DNA of 40,642 nucleotides, taken from the NCBI RefSeq assembly GCF_001194135.2, contig NC_069010.1, positions 755,808 to 796,449 of the forward strand, read 5' to 3'. The DNA comes from Octopus bimaculoides (taxonomy: Eukaryota). The notes below the pieces were generated by a model, which ran no database searches, was not told where the DNA came from, and was given only the letters and a program-made list of their open reading frames with translations. Both the position numbers and the translations under genes were made by a program. Below, one piece after another: positions 34,213-40,642 of this stretch. Every line of letters starts with the position of its first letter. Position 1 is the first letter of the stretch.

Positions 34213-35267
34213 CAGATAGATAAATAGATAGATAGATAGATATATAGATAGACAGAATAAATAAATAAATATAATTAGTTTAATTATATATAGGACGTGT
34301 GAGGATTTTAATATGAATCTATACTTGCAAACGTTTGTGTATAGACGTGCAAACTCGCTTTGTCATAGGTATGTATTAACACTCGTTCGTGTATTTATTT
34401 GCATATACTGCGCTGAAGAGAGAAGAAACTCTTGAAATTACCTAATTCGCAATTAATGTGGAGTCTTTTTAAATATCTTCTCACTAGTTCGCTTTTAATC
34501 GCATGTATTTGTGGAGTTTTTTTCGGTAGCTTCGTAATGTTTGGACATTAATTCAGTATGGAGGAGATAAGTCTTGGTTTGACTTTCTCCCTTAAAATAA
34601 TTATATATATATAATTATTAATTTAATATAATCCTTTATTAAATACTTTTATTAGAATTTTAAAAGTTGTGCTTTTCTTTTATTCAAGCTATGTATTAAA
34701 ATTAATATTTTGTATAAATTTCTGATAATGTTATAAAACAAATTGTTTGTTAATCAATTTTCCTGGTGTTGAGTTGTCCTGGTATTGAGTCGGCGGAGTT
34801 GAGTTGGCGGTGGTGAGTTGTTCCTATTAATATATATATATATATCTTAGTCGAGTCAGTCTATTGCTGATATGAGTTTCCTTTTTGAGTGTACAGAAGG
34901 TTCAGGCGAGGTATGGTTGGAAAAAATCTAATGGCCTTTGCTCAATTATTTATTGTTTTCTAGTCTTAGGTTGTGGCGATGGGGGATAAAGAATGATAAA
35001 GGCGAGAAAGAAGCAAATAAAAAAAAAACAAAGAAAAAAGAAGAAAAACAACGAGTGGGTGAAGGATGAGAATAATGGAACTAAAGTGAAAAGAAAAGAA
35101 TTAGTAAAGAGAAGAAAAGAGGAAATGAAGAGAAAATGGGTGAAAAGAGGAAACGAATGGAGTGAAAGTTGAGCAAGAAGAAAATAGTCGATGAACATTT
35201 AGAAGCAATGAATGAATAAGTAGATCACTTTGCCTAAATCCTCACATTCACTCTTCTCTTCGCTCAC

Positions 35268-35519
35268 CTGTAGTCTTTTAATTTTCAAGAGGACTTGTGA
35301 AGAGAGGGCACTGTGTACTTCTCCAACTTGGATTTTCTCAATCCATCCAACGCAAGATGGAAAACGGAAGTCAAATGATAATGATGATGATATCGATAAT
35401 GACGATGATGCAGTATAAATGAATATACATATATTAGTTGTTAGCGACAGAAGACATATTACTACTGTATAAGCAATCTTTATAACCTGCTTAAGTTGGC
35501 TATACTTCAAGAAGGCCAT
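35268..35519 (-). CDS. Candidate first coding exon of gene 1 (MAFLKYSQ..., hydrophobic N-terminal stretch)
   Basis: 84 open codons from ATG to a strong CAG/GTGAGC donor; signal/anchor-like segment IKIAYTVVICLLSLTTNICIFIYT. Phase 0 does not match exon A (phase 2). Confidence 0.3.
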
Positions 35520-36575
35520 AAAACTGGAATATTCTGTCTGAGAAAGCGTCTCGTATAAACGTCTGGTGCTACAGAATATGAGCAGTGGACGAAATATGTG
35601 CAGTGTACATGATACTTTCTCAGAGCGACTACTGCGGTTTTATAATATTCACACAGACAGTCAGGCAGACAGGCAGATAGACAGACACGTAGACCGTTAA
35701 ATTTTATCTGCAGATAGAATTTTGAGGCGCAATGGCAGTTATGACGTTCCGTATATGAATACATGTAAATAATGCGATTGAAGATAGAGAAATAGGGAAT
35801 GGGTGTAGATGCATATTTCAGGAGTTATTGATCCCCCTTCAACACTTCATCCATTCACTTGAGGGTTATAAGTCAATACTGTGTTCTATTTTTCGTGTAA
35901 GCAGCGCGATTCAACAACTTTATGCCTGCAACCATACATACACACATAAATACATACATACATACATACATACATACATNNNNNNNNNNNNNNNNNNNNN
36001 NNNNNNNNNNNNNNNNNNNNNNNNNNNNNNNNNNNNNNNNNNNNNNNNNNNNNNNNNNNNNNNNNNNNNNNNNNNNNNNGAGCTATATATATATATAGCT
36101 ATAAACAGTTTCATTGTTCTCTTTCCCAGGACTTAAGTCGCTATTTTACGTGTGCAGTGAGAATAATGAAAATATTTAATGTCAATCTTTGTATCCTACA
36201 TAATGTTAATATACTTTAAGAATGTCATAACTTATTATTTATTTTGGCCGGATTCAAACCTTGGTCGCAGTAACAAAGTTTACCCGCCACACTTCTCGAC
36301 GTGTTGGACGCATTCTAGGCCACTGTCTACAATCCAGTTGTCAATGTGTGACAACTGGATTGTAGAGAACAATGAAACTGTTTATAGCCACCGAAGTGAT
36401 AAGTTCATAGACACAAGTAAGATAAATAATACCATTTCATAGTCATTAATACACAGTAGTTTAAATACTATATTCCTTTACTCCCATCCTCTCTGTGGTC
36501 ATTCCATTAATATATACCCTTCACATTTTCCCTATGTTTCCATTTATCTATCTAACTGCATATATTTTATTACAG

Positions 36576-36740
36576 ATTCGACCACAATAAAATAATATAT
36601 ACTATGTACTGTAGTGTACTNNNNNNNNNNCAAAATAACTGAAGATCAACTACGACGCAACATCTCTCGCGTTTTGACCAAATCCCAGGCATTGCATGAC
36701 TTAGGAGTCCAGCAAAGTCACATGAAATTGGTTGATGAAA
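36576..36740 (+). CDS. Adhesion GPCR gene 2 (paralog), exon A homolog (FDHNKII...SHMKLVDE)
   Basis: ttacag acceptor, A/GTAAGT donor; about 27/52 aa identical to gene 1 exon A; the 10-N gap should be 3 nt to match the 158-nt homolog. Confidence 0.75.
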
Positions 36741-37069
36741 GTAAGTATCGTGTTTCTTATTGATTTTATCACCATTGTCATCATAACTGGTTTTATCCTC
36801 TCCATTACCATCGTTTTCGGCGTTGTCGTCATTGTCAACCACAGTAGGTGATTTCATAGGACACGCGAACACTTTACAATTATAGAAGAGATGGCATTTG
36901 AACCAACTCTAAACGACATTTATTTAGCTGTGAATAAGNNNNNNNNNNNNNNNNNNNNNNNNNNNNNNNNNNNNNNNNNNNNNNNNNNNNNNNNNNNNNN
37001 NNNNNNNNNNNNNNNNNNNNNACGACATTTATTTAGCTGTGAATAAGCTGAATAACAATAAGTCGCTAG

Positions 37070-38930
37070 GGTGTGAATGAATCTGTGCAGATGTCTGGAA
37101 ATATGGGGGTGACAAAATGTTTGNNNNNNNNNNGTGACAAAATGTTTGAACTCTTAAATATATTAATTTGTCACTGTTGGAGACATGAGAAAGTGCATCA
37201 AGACTGGATTGATGCCACTTTTGTCTCCTTGTATAAATCGGGGCCGAAGGATCTGTGTGGAAGGTTTTGCGAGATTTCGCTTTTGTCTGTGGTTGGAAAG
37301 GTTCTTGCCAGCANNNNNNNNNNTGTTAGAACATTTAAATACCTTTATAGTTCCAAATATAGTGTCTGAGTCTGAGTGTAGTTTTCGTTCCTCCAGGGGC
37401 ACAGCTGATTGTATCTTTACTGCCAGACAANNNNNNNNNNNNNNNNNNNNNNAGAATCTTGCTCTATACCATTGCTTTGTTGATTTGAGAAAAGCATTCG
37501 ATACTGTTAGTCGAAATGCTCTGTGGCTAACTCTAAGAAAAATAGTTTGCCCCGAAAAATTTGTAATCATGATCAGGGCTTTGCAACAAGATATGAAAGT
37601 CATAGTTAACTTTGGTTTGGTGGTAGGCTCTCTGAATCTTTTGCTGTGGAAAATGGAGTAAAGCANNNNNNNNNNNNNNNNNNNNNNNTCTTTGCAATAT
37701 ACTTTGCTGTTGTGTTGTTACATGATTATCAAAACTCTGAGCAGGGTATTTACATAAACTATCGAGCCACAGGGAATGTTTTTAATCTAACCAGACGGAA
37801 ATTCAAAACGAAGGTTTTACTTCACTCATTAGGGAACTGTTATACGCTGACGATTGCCTTCTTGCCATTCATTCTGAAACAGGTCTGCAATATCTTGTAT
37901 CTGCATTTGACTCAGCTTNNNNNNNNNNTGATTTTGGCTTGACTATCAACTTGACAAAAACAATTGTAATGCATCAACCTGCGAGTGGTATTGTTTGTAA
38001 CCAATCTAAAATTTTTGTTAAGGGCAAGTTACTTGAGGTTGTCGATTTGTTCATCTACCTTGGAAGCTCTGTTCAAAATTTTGGAAATCTTGATACAGAA
38101 ATACAACTGCGAATTCAAAGGGTAGCAAAAATATTTGATGGCTTAGAGTCACGCGTTTGGTGCCAGCGACATATAAATAAGCTGGCTCTTTACAAATCAT
38201 TTGTCTTACCATCTCTCTTGTATTCCTGTGAAACATGGACTTGTTATAAAAGGCATTTCAAATTGTTAANNNNNNNNNNNNNNNNNNNNNNNNNNNNNNN
38301 NNNNNNNNNNNNNNNNNNNNNNNNNNNNNNNNNNNNNNTTTGAGGAACCAAATGAGATGGTGTGGCCATATTGTTCGAATGGCATATGAACGCAAGCCGA
38401 AACAGCTGTTTTATGGTGAGCTTGCTGAGAGGAAACGCTATCGGTGTAAAACCTAAAAAAAGATTTAAGGGCGGCATACGGACTATTATGAAGTCACTTG
38501 GAATGGATGTATAGAAGACATAAAAACCCATGCTTCGGATCGAGTTGGATGGCGACCAAAAGTGTGGAGTGAAGTGAAAGCATTTGAAGAGGCCAGGATA
38601 AGGCATGCAAGACTCAGCGATCGAGAANNNNNNNNNNNNNNNNNNNNNNNNNNNNNNNNNNNNNNNNNNNNNNNNNNNNNNNNNNNNNNNNNNNNNNNNN
38701 NNNNNNNNNNNNNNNNNNNNNNNNNNNNNNNNNNNNNNNNNNNNNNNNNNNNNNNNNNNNNNNNNNNNNNNNNNNNNNNNNNNNNNNNNNNNNNNNNNNN
38801 NNNNNNNNNNNNNNNNNNNNCTTATCTGCAGCTGTTGGTGGTCCAAATTTGACGTGAAATCTGTGTGGGTGTCTTTTCAGAACATACATTCTCCGGTTTA
38901 AAAAGCGACATCAGGGGTGGTTAAACTCTG
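37070..38930 (+). mobile_element. RTE-clade LINE, RT and 3' region, decayed and gap-riddled, in the gene 2 intron
   Basis: QDWIDATFVSLYK, ISLLSVVGKVLA, FRSSRGTADCIFTARQ, FVDLRKAFDTVSR, LLYSCETW and RWCGHIVRM-type motifs. Confidence 0.92.
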
Positions 38931-40597
38931 CATAAGGAGTAGAAAACCACCATATATATATATATAATATAGATTTTCCGCTGATACATATCTTTTATCT
39001 TTTCATTGTTTCTATCATTAGAATGCGGGCATGCTGGGTCGCCGCCTTCAGGAATTTGTAGTCGAATGTATTTACCACAGTTATTGTTATCTATATATAT
39101 ATATNNNNNNNNNNNNNNNNNNNNNNNNNNNNNNNNNNNNNNNNNNNNNNNNNNNNNNNNNNNNNNNNNNNNNNNNNNNNNNNNNNNNNNNNNNNNNNNN
39201 NNNNNNNNNNNNNNNNNNNNNNNNNNNNNNNNNNNNNNNNNNNNNNNNNNNNNNNNNNNNNNNNNNNNNNNNNNNNNNNNNNNNNNNNNNNNNNNNNNNN
39301 NNNNNNNNNNNNAGAGTAGGAAGATAGACAAATACCATACTGCTGGTACTTCAGCTTAGAAGTTTCTAAGACATTACGAACACTTTTTTGTTTCCTGCTC
39401 AGTCAACAATTGATGAAGAGATTNNNNNNNNNNNNNNNNNNNNNNNNNNNNNNNNNNNNNNNNNNNNNNNNNNNNNNNNNNNNNNNNNNNNNNNNNNNNN
39501 NNNNNNNNNNNNNNNNNNNNNNNNNNNNNNNNNNNNNNNATATTTTCGTATTTCGTATATATGTTGTTTTCGTATTTCATGATTTTATATGCCGTGGTGT
39601 CCAGTGCCCATATATGCATGTATATACAAATATATGCATGTACATATATATGTGTATGTATGCATATACATATATTANNNNNNNNNNNNNNNNNNNNNNN
39701 NNNNNNNNNNNNNNNNNNNNNNNNNNNNNNNNNNNNNNNNNNNNNNNNNNNNNNNNNNNNNNNNNNNNNNNNNNNNNNNNNNNNNNNNNNNNNNNNNNNN
39801 NNNNNNNNNNNNNNNNNNNNNNNNNNNNNNNNNNNNNNNNNNNNNNNNCTTTGACATGCAGTTGTAAGCCTTCTGAAAGATTCTTGGTATTGTGGTGAAA
39901 AGGAAGATAATAGAAGTGCGGTATGTTGACAAATGAATTGTGTGTTGCGTTGCAAATCTGTATCAGCTTCGTGGGTCATCTGTAAATATATTTTTCTTTA
40001 CACATTGTTATTTCTGGTGGTATTGACCAGGACTTTTGATTCTCAGTTACATTCTNNNNNNNNNNNNNNNNNNNNNNNNNNNNNNNNNNNNNNNNNNNNN
40101 NNNNNNNNNNNNNNNNNNNNNNNNNNNNNNNNNNNNNNNNNNNNNNNNNNNNNNNNNNNNNNNNNNNNNNNNNNNNNNNNNNNNNNNNNNNNNNNNNNNN
40201 NNNNNNCTCATCTCATCTTTCTTTTATCAGTATTTACCTTTTACAATGATTGCCTATATGTCTCTGCCATACACACCCGTATTTTGTACATATCTCAGTA
40301 TGGAAGTAAATATTTCTGTCCTTACATATCATGGAAAGTTCATGGTGAACCACTTTCGAGTTAATTGTTTAATAGATCGTTGCTAAGGTCACGCGTGTCT
40401 TGCCTTAAAGAGAATAATATTTCTAAAATGTCCGATCTAAAATATTTTGAATAGCTTTGTTAGCGTAAGTGTATATCTCTCTCCATATATGTTTGCAACA
40501 CGTCAAAACTATTGTCCTCAAATCCGGTCACAACTATTTATTTACAACAACGACTACTACTGACTTCTCTGATATCCATGTTTTGTTTCTTCTTCAG

Positions 40598-40642
40598 TGG
40601 TTTGTGATGAAAGCACAACATCAGCTAACAATCGAACTTTCT
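40598..40642 (+). CDS. Adhesion GPCR gene 2, HRM exon B homolog (truncated by window end)
   Basis: tcttcag acceptor; all 45 visible nt identical to the reverse complement of 26283-26327; phase matches exon 36576-36740. Confidence 0.88.

Noticed and set aside
36913-37150. Short direct repeats flanking N gaps (acgacatttatttagctgtgaataag; gtgacaaaatgtttg)
   Set aside because: Typical contig-end overlaps, so assembly artefacts
518-40386. Long ORFs in the track made mostly of X
   Set aside because: They only span N gaps and are not evidence of coding sequence
33860-40642. Second GPCR copy as an uncollapsed allele
   Set aside because: About 20-25% intronic and about 48% amino-acid divergence in exon A is too high for alleles
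1-40642. CRISPR arrays, rRNA or operon-like prokaryotic features
   Set aside because: No regularly spaced repeat-spacer units or rRNA motifs; the sequence is spliced eukaryotic DNA

Overview
AT-rich, microsatellite- and SINE-dense animal genomic DNA with many N gaps. The repeat style suggests an octopus/coleoid genome, which is inference only. The main gene is a multi-exon adhesion GPCR (ADGRG/GPR126-GPR112-like) on the minus strand. I assembled 11 GT-AG exons in consistent phase from 34138 down to 2863: a distal ectodomain exon, the HRM domain, GAIN with an intact GPS (HL/TSFALLM), TM1, TM3 and TM4. The TM2 exon is not visible, and TM5-7 were not found (probably beyond position 1). A second, paralogous adhesion GPCR starts head-to-head on the plus strand (exons at 36576-36740 and 40598-end). 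Its intron flanks are homologous to those of the first gene, so the locus is an inverted duplication. The introns hold relics of Penelope-like, RTE, R4/Dong, Ty3/Gypsy, Tc1 and mariner elements, MITE-like inverted repeats and tRNA-derived SINEs. Several Penelope-type minimal hammerhead ribozyme motifs are present. Two lie in the sense orientation of the GPCR pre-mRNA, and the one at 18663-18756 has a fully intact core and stems. Alignments and folds were done by eye, so all percent identities are approximate.
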